64,000 bases of DNA, from contig JBEKKK010000001.1 in the NCBI GenBank assembly GCA_050010755.1, forward strand, positions 64,001-128,000. The letters run 5' to 3'. Source of the stretch: Candidatus Bathyarchaeia archaeon. Lineage in GTDB: Archaea; Thermoproteota; Bathyarchaeia; Bathyarchaeales; Bathycorpusculaceae. Every line of letters begins with the position of its first letter. The stretch's first letter is position 1. Positions 10,480 to 20,333 of this stretch are shown here, piece by piece. The notes beneath the pieces are model-generated. The model made no database searches, had not been told where the DNA came from, and was given only the letters and a program-made list of their open reading frames with translations. The translations under genes were made by a program, and so were the position numbers.

Positions 10480-11397
10480 TCACGCGCGCTCAACTGTTAG
10501 AGCATTTGTCATTAATCCCATCGCCACCGAGACATATTCTAGGCTTTTCAGAAGCAAAAGTCCCAGTGCGAGTGTTGGTTTTTCAAAAAACCTTCGATTC
10601 TTCAAAAACAACCATGCACGATAGAATATACTTGTCTGATGATGTGCATATGGAGAACGCTTCAGGTAAATCTCCGCAGTTTTTCCATAGTAATATTTTT
10701 CCCTCAACCAATCCGTCAGTTTGAGATCTTCTTCGTGGTGTAGAATGAAGGACTTTACACCCTGCTTGACGTTGAGCTGCATCGCTTCAATCTTTTGAGG
10801 AAGAATGCTCTCTTCGTAGAATTCAATTTCCTCGTCAAATCCTCCGACCAGCAGCACTAAGTCCTTTTTGAAGAATCTTGCTGATTCGACTTCTGTTTTT
10901 GAATAGAAGCTTCTCTCGAAGTCTCTAACCTTGACCCAATAACTGCTGCCTATGCTCCTCTCGGGTATAGTTAGCCCTCCTAGGGTCGCATCGTTTTCCA
11001 TCATTTCTACGCATTCCTCAACGACTTTTGATTGCAGTTCCATGTCCGAATCTAGAAAGAGAAGATATTTTCCATCAGCTACGTTTGCTCCGCAATTCTT
11101 TGCTCTGGCTCTCTCTGACTTGACCAAGAGAACTCGGGCACCATGTCTCTTCGCCACCTCTTCCGTTCTGTCTGTTGAGTGATTGTCAATGACAATAACT
11201 TCTATGTTCTCATAGGTCTGCTGCCTTATGGACCTTGAACATTGCTCGAAAAACCTCTCAGAATTGATAGTCGGAATCACAACAGAAACCAGAGGTTCAT
11301 CCTTCACCAGCTGCGCCCTCCAGCGCGGTGGCGCGTTAATTTTCTCTTGAGGTTCAGTTTCCTCTCTACCCCTCAGCATTCTTATGATGTTATCCAA
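10480..11397 (-). CDS. GT2 glycosyltransferase, paralog of 3074..3907
   Basis: LVSVVIPTINS, IDNHSTDRT, LDSDM, WVKVRDFERSFY, ARFFKK, GGFDE. Confidence 0.9.
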   Translation of the reverse strand: MDNIIRMLRGREETEPQEKINAPPRWRAQLVKDEPLVSVVIPTINSERFFEQCSRSIRQQTYENIEVIVIDNHSTDRTEEVAKRHGARVLLVKSERARAKNCGANVADGKYLLFLDSDMELQSKVVEECVEMMENDATLGGLTIPERSIGSSYWVKVRDFERSFYSKTEVESARFFKKDLVLLVGGFDEEIEFYEESILPQKIEAMQLNVKQGVKSFILHHEEDLKLTDWLREKYYYGKTAEIYLKRSPYAHHQTSIFYRAWLFLKNRRFFEKPTLALGLLLLKSLEYVSVAMGLMTNALTVERA

Positions 11398-11442
11398 ATA
11401 ACTAATTTTCGTTTAACGCGCATTCTTGTAGCGCGAGCAGGA

Positions 11443-13344
11443 TTACAGCTGGGGGAAGCTTGGCGTGGCCCGAAGGCATTGGATACAAAAGCGCGCGCGT
11501 TTTGCTCTAGGTGGAGACATGCGAAAAGAGGGTGTTTTGCTCGTTCTCGTCGGCCTTTTCTTTTTTATGAAAATTGCCGATAGTGTTGCCAGCCCGAATA
11601 ACGATAGAATTTGGAACGATGGGAACTCTGGTATGGTCACTTGCGTTGAATTGTGATAAGTGAAGTACAGATAGCTTTGGGTGCTGTTTGATTCTTGCAG
11701 CAGGGTGTACGGTATTTCTGCTGCGTTGACGAAGATTGTGAATGTTTCGTTCATGATGGCTGTTGGAAGCGAGATTCTGCAGAAGCCAGTAGTGCCGTTT
11801 TCACCCGTAGCGTTGAAGCTTATCGCGGTACCGTTGAACTGAAAATCGGATATCGTAGAGTTGGAGATGACTTGAACATGGTATTGCGAGTTTGCGTTGA
11901 AATCAGAAAACATTCCCATCAAAGGAAAATTGTCCCAATTGCTGCTGTCGATAATATAGGGTGTATCACCTATTCCGTCGCTTCCAGTTTCGTTCTGGTA
12001 TCGCCCAGTTTTCAAGTCCGTTCCGTTGTAGTCGCTCCAATAGTTACCGCCATGAAGATAACGGTCGTCCCAAATGTTTGCTGAGTCGCTAGTTGAATAA
12101 ACTTGGACGTCATTGTTGATAAAGTTGTTATGGAAAATGGTGTTGTTTGAAGAAGAAAAAAGTCCTATACCATGCCCGTAGTTTGCTGTTATTGTGTTTT
12201 CAAAAATACTGTTATTGTTTGAACTGGAGTCAAACCCGACGCCATAGCCGTTGTTTGCTATGTAATTTCCAGAAATACTGTTATTTAAAGAGACGTAAAG
12301 CCCTACGCCATAGACGTTGTTTGCTGCTATGTTGTTTTCATTAATACTATTGTTCGCGGAAGAATCAAGGCGTACACCGTTCCAGTTATTGGCTGTTATG
12401 TCGTTTCCACTAACGCTGTTGCCTGAAGAATTGTCAAGGTAGGTACCATACGCGTTGTTTGCAGTTATGTTGTTTCCACTAATGGTGCTGTTCAAAGAAG
12501 AGTCAAAGTGGATTCCATCCCAGTTGTTTGCTGTTATGTTGTTTCCATTAATACAGTTGTTTGAAGAAGAGTCAATGTGGATACCGTAAGCGTTGTTTTC
12601 TTCTATATCGTTTCCAGTTATGGTGTTGTTCGAAGAAGAACCGAGTGTGACGCCATCACCGTTGTTTGCTGTTATGTTGTTTTCGCTGACAGTGTTGTTT
12701 ACAGAATAATCGAGCCCAAATCCCCCGACATTGTTAGTCATGTTGTTTCCGCTGACACAGTTGTTTGCGGAGTTGTAAAGATAGACGCCATGGCCGCCGT
12801 TTGCTGTTATGTTGTTTCCACTAACCGTGGTGTTCGCAGAATAATCGAGTCTGATGCCATACCCGTAGTTTGCCGTTATGTTGTTTCCATACACGGCGTT
12901 GTTCACTGAATAATCGAGCACAACGCTCCCGACATTGTTCACTACATCGTTTCCATTTGTGGCCCTATTTGAAGAGTTTTCCAAGTAGACGCCATAGTCA
13001 AAATTCTCTATGTTTGTGTTTTTTATTGTTACGTTGTTCATGTTGACTAGGTCTATTCCAGTGCCGCTTCCCTTTCCCGTCACAGTGTAGCCTGCCCCGT
13101 TCAAAACAATGTTGTCCCTCTCAACAACAATTCCATCCGCTTCGCCGGTGATGTTACCCGTCAAGGTATACGTATTGTCGTCTGTAGTATGGATCGGGGT
13201 TGTCCCAGGGTCTATCGAGCCGTCTGGCCGTATGTAAACTGTTCCAGAATCAGCCTTGACAACCTGAGTCAAAGCCGTCGTTGTTGACGATAACGAAAGC
13301 AAACACAGAACTGCAACCAAAACAAGAACAGCCTTGTTCATCAA
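11443..13344 (-). CDS. Secreted right-handed beta-helix (NosD/CASH) protein with PEF-CTERM-like anchor
   Basis: Signal peptide; YIRPDGSIDP; N-rich 22-23 aa repeats; GGNYWSDY..DGIGDTPY..DNFPLM; IPEFP followed by TM and KKKR. Confidence 0.88.
   Translation of the reverse strand: MMNKAVLVLVAVLCLLSLSSTTTALTQVVKADSGTVYIRPDGSIDPGTTPIHTTDDNTYTLTGNITGEADGIVVERDNIVLNGAGYTVTGKGSGTGIDLVNMNNVTIKNTNIENFDYGVYLENSSNRATNGNDVVNNVGSVVLDYSVNNAVYGNNITANYGYGIRLDYSANTTVSGNNITANGGHGVYLYNSANNCVSGNNMTNNVGGFGLDYSVNNTVSENNITANNGDGVTLGSSSNNTITGNDIEENNAYGIHIDSSSNNCINGNNITANNWDGIHFDSSLNSTISGNNITANNAYGTYLDNSSGNSVSGNDITANNWNGVRLDSSANNSINENNIAANNVYGVGLYVSLNNSISGNYIANNGYGVGFDSSSNNNSIFENTITANYGHGIGLFSSSNNTIFHNNFINNDVQVYSTSDSANIWDDRYLHGGNYWSDYNGTDLKTGRYQNETGSDGIGDTPYIIDSSNWDNFPLMGMFSDFNANSQYHVQVISNSTISDFQFNGTAISFNATGENGTTGFCRISLPTAIMNETFTIFVNAAEIPYTLLQESNSTQSYLYFTYHNSTQVTIPEFPSFQILSLFGLATLSAIFIKKKRPTRTSKTPSFRMSPPRAKRARFCIQCLRATPSFPQL
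12120..13000 (-). repeat. Intragenic tandem repeats of about 66-69 bp encoding beta-helix rungs
   Basis: gttgtttgctgttatgttgtttcc-like unit recurs at about 12454, 12523, 12592 and 12661 (69-bp period) and elsewhere. Confidence 0.85.
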
Positions 13345-13630
13345 ACGTCACTTCTGTAAATGATCTAGGGACTGATTGAATAAGTTCTTAATGTTTGCGG
13401 AAAAATGCTCAAATGAAATCGTGAACCAAGATGAGCCATGGCTACCGCCGAATTTCCGACAAAAGGCGGCGGGTAGGGTTACTTACGCTCGCAATGTCGG
13501 ACCCGGGACCGCTCAAAAGTCGAAATCAACACTATTTGCGGCAACACCAACGCAAAGAGCAATGAGGCCGCTGCAAAAACAGAATTTTATTCTAGAATAT
13601 TCACGGTACGAAGATTCACAAAAAATGTGG

Positions 13631-13649
13631 AAAAAAGAAAGAAAAGAGG
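13631..13649 (-). terminator. T-rich terminator downstream of the S-layer-like gene
   Basis: Minus strand reads cctcttttctttctttttt just after the stop at 13658. Confidence 0.5.
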
Positions 13650-13657
13650 ATTTGCTT

Positions 13658-16087
13658 TTAGTTGAAGTCTACCTTTGCTGTTGAGCTTGTGGGGAGCTTC
13701 TGGTACCACCAAACGTGCACTGGACCAATTATTGGCAGCGCTGTTGGTGTAACCGTACCTGTCCATGTTAGTGCGTGGTTCTGGTCGAATGCGCCTGCGC
13801 CGCTAAAGGTCGTGTATGCATTAGTGCCGAATTCCGTTATGGTTCCCAAGGCCTTTACGATTGTGAAGGCGGTCGGTTCGCTATTTGGTCCCGTGTATGT
13901 CATCTGAAGTATCAGAGACACTGTTCCTGCTGGTAAGCCTGCACTCGTTGCTGTTGTGTTTCCGAAGAGGTATTGAGAAGCCCATGCTGCGGCCCAGTAT
14001 GTGTCTCTACCGTTCCAGCCGTATATTGACAGACCTCGTGTTCCGTTGACATCGTGAACCAAGCTGATGACTGCGTAGTTTGCAGTGTAGCCGAACGTTG
14101 TTGTGGCAACGTTCCAGGTTGAGATCGGGAAGAAGTCCAATGTCTTCATGGTTGCATCGCTTGTCGGCGCTGTTCCTGTTACTGTTCCGCCATGTACATA
14201 TGCGTAGTAGCTGCCACTTGTTCCTTCTCTGTCAATCGCGACGCCGAAGTCGTTGAAGTACCTTGTGATTTGATTGGCCTTGCCGCCGCCTAAGCTAAGA
14301 ATACCATTGGGACTGTAGCTCACGATTGGGGAGGATGTGCTTACGAATGGAGTAGGCCATGCTTGGGTTAAGGGATTTATTGATGGTAGCCAATAGTCGC
14401 TGTCATTATCGTAGCCTCCTGCAATCGGTTGGTACGGATAGGCTGATTCTGAGAATTCCTCGTTTGCTTGGGGTACGTAGTCAAGAAGTCCTCCTCGCTT
14501 GTAGGTCGTCGTGTCCGAGCCAGTTCCTGCGCCGCTGTTGCTGAAAGTCTGGTAGTAGTTGCCGGTGAATGGGTCTAGGCCGAATGGAATGCTTAATCCC
14601 GGATCGTTTTTGTCGAAGAGTGCGAGGGCTGTCACGTTTGTGCCGTAGACGCTTCCCAAGAAGCTTGCGCCCGCGCTGTCGGTTGTAGCTGAAGTTTGTC
14701 CTAGGGCGGTGTACATGAACGGGGTCGATGCTGCCGATGCTGTCCTCAATGTGTTAAGATCCATCGGGTTGAACACGCTGTTTAGCGTGTACAAAACTTC
14801 GGTGTCCAGTTGGTTCACATTGTACGTTGGGTCGTTAGCGTCCTTGGCTCCGTGTGGATCAGTGTTGAAATCAGTCATGCCGAGGACCGCTACGAACCTC
14901 ATTTCCCTTTGTGCTCCCTTGGCAAGCCAGGTGTCAAGGTTTGGATAGGCTGTGTTGTTGTATCGCCACTGAGTAATCACCCATGGGGTGCTAGGCTCCT
15001 TGGGACTTGATGGCGGTCCTGGCAGGTCCGCGATGGCGGTGCCAAACGGAAGGTTATCCACGAAGTTACCCGTTGGATTCGGAAGCAGTTGACTGTATAC
15101 AGTGTACTCGGTGGTGTTCGGCCAATAGCCTGCAAAGAATATGTTATCCTTGCCTACGTCGTAGGCTTGCAGCACGTCGTAAGTGCTTGCTCCCGTTATT
15201 GGGTACTGATAAACCGTGCTGTTAGCGTTGTGGTAGTAGTGAACGAAAGCTGCGTTTGAAGGGTTCAGATTCGCCGCAATGTCAAGCTCGTACCTGTTGC
15301 TGAAGGCGAAGTCGTTTATCAGGTCTAATATCTTCGGTTCAAGCAGTATCTTCACGTCATAGTCGACGATAGCATACTTCATGTCTTTGTAGAAGTTAAT
15401 CGTTACGAAAACTTCTGCAACATCTTCATTGTAGAATGCGTCATGGATTATTGTTCCCGTTCTTACAACGACAAGTCTGGCACTGTCATATAGTATTTCC
15501 ACGCCTGTGGGATTCAATGTACATACAGTAAGACTGGCGCCCACATCAGCAGGGTTGTAATTACCGTACCAGCTGTAGGCCGCTCTTGCGCCTTCAGTAA
15601 CGGAGGTGTTGCTGTACATTGCCCAAGCTTCCACCGCCCTCATAACTCCCTGTCTTGTGTAATTCAGGTAGAAGGTCCACCCTTGGATCTCGAGCTGCGG
15701 CGGAATCAATGGGTTAGAGCTTGCCCACGATTCTGTGAGATTCCAGTCGCTGTTGTTTGCTCCGTATGCAATGCCAGCGCTTGCCGGCGTTGCCATTTCA
15801 CCGTATTCCGTCAGACCGACTCTGAGGCTCTTGCCAGCATTGTAATAATCAGCACTCGGCAATTGAGCTGCATACAGGCCATTCGCGGTTGCCCATTGGT
15901 TTACCATGTATGAATACTGCATACTGGAATAGGCGTCGCTTCCTGCTGTACCCTCTAAAACGACATAGTTAGCTCCTGCGCCTGATAGTCCACTTCGAAA
16001 AGCCATTGTTGGTGCCATAATCGAACATAGTATCACTAAAGCTGTAAGTATCGCAACAATAGTCTTAATAGGATTGTCTATTTTCAA
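13658..16087 (-). CDS. Probable S-layer (major surface) glycoprotein
   Basis: Signal peptide; Thr/Ser/Asn/Gly/Tyr rich; many NxS/T sequons; S-layer C-domain-like motifs ILSLGGGKANQITRY and IYGWNGRDTYWAA; apparent bias toward C-ending codons. Confidence 0.65.
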   Translation of the reverse strand: MKIDNPIKTIVAILTALVILCSIMAPTMAFRSGLSGAGANYVVLEGTAGSDAYSSMQYSYMVNQWATANGLYAAQLPSADYYNAGKSLRVGLTEYGEMATPASAGIAYGANNSDWNLTESWASSNPLIPPQLEIQGWTFYLNYTRQGVMRAVEAWAMYSNTSVTEGARAAYSWYGNYNPADVGASLTVCTLNPTGVEILYDSARLVVVRTGTIIHDAFYNEDVAEVFVTINFYKDMKYAIVDYDVKILLEPKILDLINDFAFSNRYELDIAANLNPSNAAFVHYYHNANSTVYQYPITGASTYDVLQAYDVGKDNIFFAGYWPNTTEYTVYSQLLPNPTGNFVDNLPFGTAIADLPGPPSSPKEPSTPWVITQWRYNNTAYPNLDTWLAKGAQREMRFVAVLGMTDFNTDPHGAKDANDPTYNVNQLDTEVLYTLNSVFNPMDLNTLRTASAASTPFMYTALGQTSATTDSAGASFLGSVYGTNVTALALFDKNDPGLSIPFGLDPFTGNYYQTFSNSGAGTGSDTTTYKRGGLLDYVPQANEEFSESAYPYQPIAGGYDNDSDYWLPSINPLTQAWPTPFVSTSSPIVSYSPNGILSLGGGKANQITRYFNDFGVAIDREGTSGSYYAYVHGGTVTGTAPTSDATMKTLDFFPISTWNVATTTFGYTANYAVISLVHDVNGTRGLSIYGWNGRDTYWAAAWASQYLFGNTTATSAGLPAGTVSLILQMTYTGPNSEPTAFTIVKALGTITEFGTNAYTTFSGAGAFDQNHALTWTGTVTPTALPIIGPVHVWWYQKLPTSSTAKVDFN

Positions 16088-16352
16088 TTTTTCATTCCTC
16101 TCAAATTTTTTTCGTCCTTCTATATGTCTTAGCTAATCCGTTTAAAAGTCTTTCCCCACCAAGAAAAGAGAAATAGGCACGTGCGCTCCCTTCTTTAGCC
16201 ATCGTTTCCGCCATAGACACCAAACCGAAATCAAAAATCTAAAAAAATTTAAAGCGACGCAAAAGAAAAAATGCGAACATGGGTCTTCGGAGTGCCGGCG
16301 CTGATTGAGCGCAACAATCTCCGTATTGACAGAAATGCAATGTTTTTTGGCT

Positions 16353-17141
16353 TTAAAGCACGTTTCGGAAAAGATCCTCCTTTCTCGAAATAAACACGTC
16401 ATCGATCCGACCCTTTTCCCGCGAGACCAGAGATTTGTCTAGCCCCCTCAAAACAACGACTGGTCTGGCCTCATCCCCTTGACCCATGATAAGCTCAGCT
16501 GCTGCCGCAATCTCATCAACGATTCCAACATTTTTGACTTTGAGAATCTGCCCGAAAAGATCAGTTTTTCCCCTGTAGTCCCTGAACGGACTGATACCTG
16601 CGACGCCTATCGCGAAATTCACTTGCCCCCGCCTGAATGGACGACTGTAAGTGTCGGACATCACTACCGCGACTTCTTTCCCAGTCGAATGTTGGATTCG
16701 CTTGGAGCACTCTTGCGCCGATCTGTCAGGGTTCTCGGGCAAAAGTGCGAACTCGTTTTTTCCCTGCACGTTCGACTTGTCTATCCCGGCGTTTATGCAC
16801 ACCAAGCCGCGAACGTCTTGGACGAGCAAAATCTCATGAGACGCTTTCAGCACCTTCTTAGTTTCCCTCAGAACCAGCTCCACAAACCTCGGATCTTTCC
16901 TAACGATCTTAGCCAGTCTTTGAGCCTTTCTCGAAACCGAAACATCTCCTAGGTTGATCACCCTTCCTTCGGCCTTCGAGAAAATCTTCTGGGCAACCAC
17001 AATCACATCCCCGTCTTCGAAACCCAGACCATTTTTGCCCGCAGTTTCAACGATGATCTTAGCCAAGTCGTCGCCCGACTGTATCAAAGGGAAACCTTCA
17101 AGAGCAAAACCCGTGAAACTCTTCAACGAATTTACCCTCAC
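16353..17141 (-). CDS. cofE: Coenzyme F420-0:L-glutamate ligase
   Basis: PLIQSGDDL, DGDVIVVAQKIFSKAEG, NAGIDKSN, LLPENPD, DTYSRPFRRG, DEIAAAAELIMGQGDE. Confidence 0.93.
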   Translation of the reverse strand: MRVNSLKSFTGFALEGFPLIQSGDDLAKIIVETAGKNGLGFEDGDVIVVAQKIFSKAEGRVINLGDVSVSRKAQRLAKIVRKDPRFVELVLRETKKVLKASHEILLVQDVRGLVCINAGIDKSNVQGKNEFALLPENPDRSAQECSKRIQHSTGKEVAVVMSDTYSRPFRRGQVNFAIGVAGISPFRDYRGKTDLFGQILKVKNVGIVDEIAAAAELIMGQGDEARPVVVLRGLDKSLVSREKGRIDDVFISRKEDLFRNVL

Positions 17142-17303
17142 CGAACCCTACATTGCCCTTACACACTGTTAAAACTCTTTGCTCACATTGGCAAATCTGA
17201 CATGTGCATAAGGCTCAAGATTTCCAAGTTTGATTGCAAATTCATAATGCTTAAGCTCAGCACAGTCTGAGGATTAGAGCAAACCTAAATCCACAATGGA
17301 TGC

Positions 17304-20285
17304 ATGTTTATGAACAGAAAGTATATTTCACTATTTGTTCTACTTGCCACATTTCTTTTCTTGGGCGCGTTCACAGGTGCCTACCGACTTGTGCCCATAG
17401 CCAAGGCAACATACGTTGAAGGAACCATCACACAAGATACGATTTGGACTCTGGTTGACAGTCCGTTCATTGTCTCAAACAACATTATTGTGAAACCAGG
17501 GGCAACCTTGACCATAGAACCTGGAGTCCAAGTGAGATTTGGAGACAACTTCTCTCTATTGGTAAACGGGGGAATCGTCGCAGACGGCACAAGCGACAAA
17601 GTGATACAGTTCACGTCTGATGATGTGAACGCCAGCACGGGAGCGTGGGGAACAATACGGATTAACGGAACCCTGCAGTCCTCGATTACAAACTGCATAG
17701 TTGAATATGGACAAGCTGGCATAACGCTCGACGGAGGCTCTCTAAACCTTCAAAACGACAGCGTTGGATACAATTTGAACGGCACCGTGGTGAACAGTGG
17801 CAGCATAACAGTTGAGAACGACCAGATTGTCAACAACACCGTGGACGGCATCAACATAGCCGGAGGCGCTGAAGCTACAGTGCAAAACAATGTTATAAGT
17901 CTAAACGGAAACGGCATCGATTTAACTGGAGATTTGACTGGAAACATAAACATAACACAAAACAATATCATCCTGAACAACCAAAGCGGAATCGCGCTCG
18001 AGGCTGATGCATACCAAAACACCGTCATCATTCAAAACAATCTTTCATTAAACAACTATGGATTTTATGTAGAAACAAACACGAGCACTTACATCACCAA
18101 CAATTACATTTCAAACAATACGGACGGAATCTTCTACCAAGCCGGAAACGGCAATGAAGCTCATTTCAACGATATCTACAATAACACGATGGGTATGGAC
18201 GTTTCGCTCCAAGCCAACGTGAATGCAACCTACAATTACTGGGGCGACGAGAGTGGCCCGTTCCACAGTTCTCTGAACCCAAATGGAAAAGGAAACCCAG
18301 TTGGTGGCGATGGAGTAGACCTTGAGTTCATATTCTTTTTGTCAAAACCTTTCGAATATAACAACACGCCCCCGACAGCCGTTCTTCAAACTGACAAGGC
18401 GACGGTTGCACCAGACGAAAACGTAACCTTCATCGGCACAAACTCGTTCGACGATGGACGCGTTGACCAATACTTCTACGACTTCGGAGATGGAGCAAAC
18501 AGCGGATGGACAACGTTGTCCCTCTTCAACCACACCTACACCAGCATAGGAACATACTATGCGAGTCTAACGGTTATGGACGATTTTGGGAACTTGAGCC
18601 AAAATCCTGCAACAGTAGCCATCTCAGTCCAGAATCTGGCGCCGCTGAGCGTCTCGATGACGCTGAACAGCCTTGTGGCTGATGACAACGGAAATGTCAG
18701 TGTCACAGTTTACGTGTCCGATCAATATGGAACAGCAGTAGCAAATGCAGCAATAACGTTACTTCCGCTAAAGGGCGGAAGTTTCTCGCCAGCATCAGGT
18801 GTAACTGACTCAACAGGCCAATTTGAGACAACATTCACAGCGCCAAACGTTACAGACACCACTTACATCAGATTAATCGCGACTGCCACTGAAACCGGAT
18901 ATGCTGACGGTTCCGCCTACACGTACGTCAAGGTTCTCTCACCGTTGCTTATCCAAATGACAACTTCGCCCACGACAGTAAAATCTGAAGCCAACATCGC
19001 GGTGATTTTCAGTGTTACGAACGGTATCGGTCAGCCCATCGCCAATGCCTCACTCACAGCAGTCTCAGACAACGGAACACTCTCAACAAACACTGGGATG
19101 ACCGCTGCAGACGGCACCGTGGCATTCAATTTCACTGCCCCCTACACGCTTGCCCCCGCAAACGTCACTTTCACAATAACAGCCCAAGAGCCAGGGTTCA
19201 CGACCGGGAATGATCAAGAAACAATAACGGTATTACCAAACATCCTGGCCGTAGAATTGACTCCTCAATTCCCAACAATCGTTTCTGAAGGAAACACAAG
19301 CGTAACTGCCCTCGTAACATGTGACACAATTCCTGTACCAAACGCAAACGTCACCGTATCATCAGGCAACCGAGGAAACTTCACTTCAATCACAGGAGTC
19401 ACGGATTCAAATGGCCTCGCAAACTTTCTTTTCACAGCACCGCAGACAACATCGCTGCTCAACACGACATTAACGGCTACAGCATCAAAGAGTCATTACA
19501 TAGATGGAACAGGTCAAACAGTCATAAGCATAGTACCAAAAACGCTAATCGTGCAGTTGACAGCCCAAAACTATACTGCAAGTTCAGAAGATAATGTGTC
19601 TATGACGGTCAAAGTGACTTACAATCTTGCTCCAGTTCAAAACGTCAAGGTCACCGTGACGACCAGCAATGGAGGGAACTTTTCACAGCCCTTAGAAACG
19701 ACCGACGCCAATGGTTTGGCAACTTTCTTTTTCACAGCACCACAAGCCAATGCTCCAACAGCCGTAACCCTCACGGCCAATTGCTCAAAAACGGGATATG
19801 CTGACGGGCTTGATTTCCTAACGTTAACGGTCAACCCTGGAAACATCAGCGTCCAACTCACCGCCAGCACGTACGCAACCGTACCAGACAGCAGCATCGT
19901 CATGACTGTAAGTGCTACGGCAGGTTCAAGACCAGTTGCAGGCGCCCAAGTAGTCATTTCAACGAATTTCGGTAACTTTTCCAGCACAACGGGTCTCACT
20001 GACGTAAACGGGACGTGCTCATTCGTGTTCAATGCTCCATCGACGAACGTCCAGTTGCCAGTGGTCATAGCGGCCAACGTCACCAAGAACGGATACATCG
20101 GAAATGGGAGCCAAACAACGATAACCGTCGTTCCAGTAACGGTCACTCACAACAATGCGGGCGGCTTTCCAGTGCTGACCATGCTGCTGATACTCATCCC
20201 CGTTATCATTGCCGTTATAGTTGTTGTCTTGGTCAAGATGAAAGTGATTGTCGTTTCTTCGGGGCAGGAGAACGGGTCTGAATAA
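17304..20285 (+). CDS. Large cell-surface adhesin-like protein: beta-helix, PKD, five Ig-like (Big_1-like) repeats, C-terminal TM
   Basis: TLTIEPGVQVRF, NATYNYWG..SGP, PKD YDFGDG..HTY..GTY..SLTV.D; five ~100-aa units ending F[T/N]AP; DNA repeat at about 19421 and 19721. Confidence 0.85.
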   Translation: MFMNRKYISLFVLLATFLFLGAFTGAYRLVPIAKATYVEGTITQDTIWTLVDSPFIVSNNIIVKPGATLTIEPGVQVRFGDNFSLLVNGGIVADGTSDKVIQFTSDDVNASTGAWGTIRINGTLQSSITNCIVEYGQAGITLDGGSLNLQNDSVGYNLNGTVVNSGSITVENDQIVNNTVDGINIAGGAEATVQNNVISLNGNGIDLTGDLTGNINITQNNIILNNQSGIALEADAYQNTVIIQNNLSLNNYGFYVETNTSTYITNNYISNNTDGIFYQAGNGNEAHFNDIYNNTMGMDVSLQANVNATYNYWGDESGPFHSSLNPNGKGNPVGGDGVDLEFIFFLSKPFEYNNTPPTAVLQTDKATVAPDENVTFIGTNSFDDGRVDQYFYDFGDGANSGWTTLSLFNHTYTSIGTYYASLTVMDDFGNLSQNPATVAISVQNLAPLSVSMTLNSLVADDNGNVSVTVYVSDQYGTAVANAAITLLPLKGGSFSPASGVTDSTGQFETTFTAPNVTDTTYIRLIATATETGYADGSAYTYVKVLSPLLIQMTTSPTTVKSEANIAVIFSVTNGIGQPIANASLTAVSDNGTLSTNTGMTAADGTVAFNFTAPYTLAPANVTFTITAQEPGFTTGNDQETITVLPNILAVELTPQFPTIVSEGNTSVTALVTCDTIPVPNANVTVSSGNRGNFTSITGVTDSNGLANFLFTAPQTTSLLNTTLTATASKSHYIDGTGQTVISIVPKTLIVQLTAQNYTASSEDNVSMTVKVTYNLAPVQNVKVTVTTSNGGNFSQPLETTDANGLATFFFTAPQANAPTAVTLTANCSKTGYADGLDFLTLTVNPGNISVQLTASTYATVPDSSIVMTVSATAGSRPVAGAQVVISTNFGNFSSTTGLTDVNGTCSFVFNAPSTNVQLPVVIAANVTKNGYIGNGSQTTITVVPVTVTHNNAGGFPVLTMLLILIPVIIAVIVVVLVKMKVIVVSSGQENGSE

Positions 20286-20304
20286 GATATCGTGAGACGC
20301 AATA

Positions 20305-20311
20305 TTTAATA
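20305..20311 (+). promoter_or_regulatory. TATA box of the pilus ATPase operon (probably leaderless)
   Basis: TTTAATA starting 29 nt upstream of ATG 20334. Confidence 0.5.
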
Positions 20312-20333
20312 GAGTCTTCCGGTCATTAAGTAC

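Noticed and set aside
12120-13000. Regular ~69-bp repeats considered as a CRISPR array
   Set aside because: The repeats are degenerate, in frame and encode beta-helix rungs; there are no unique spacers and no cas genes.
13345-13657. 102-aa ORF 13376..13684 and a GC hairpin near 13442-13476
   Set aside because: The ORF overlaps promoter and terminator regions and has no motif; the hairpin is imperfect and has no other support.
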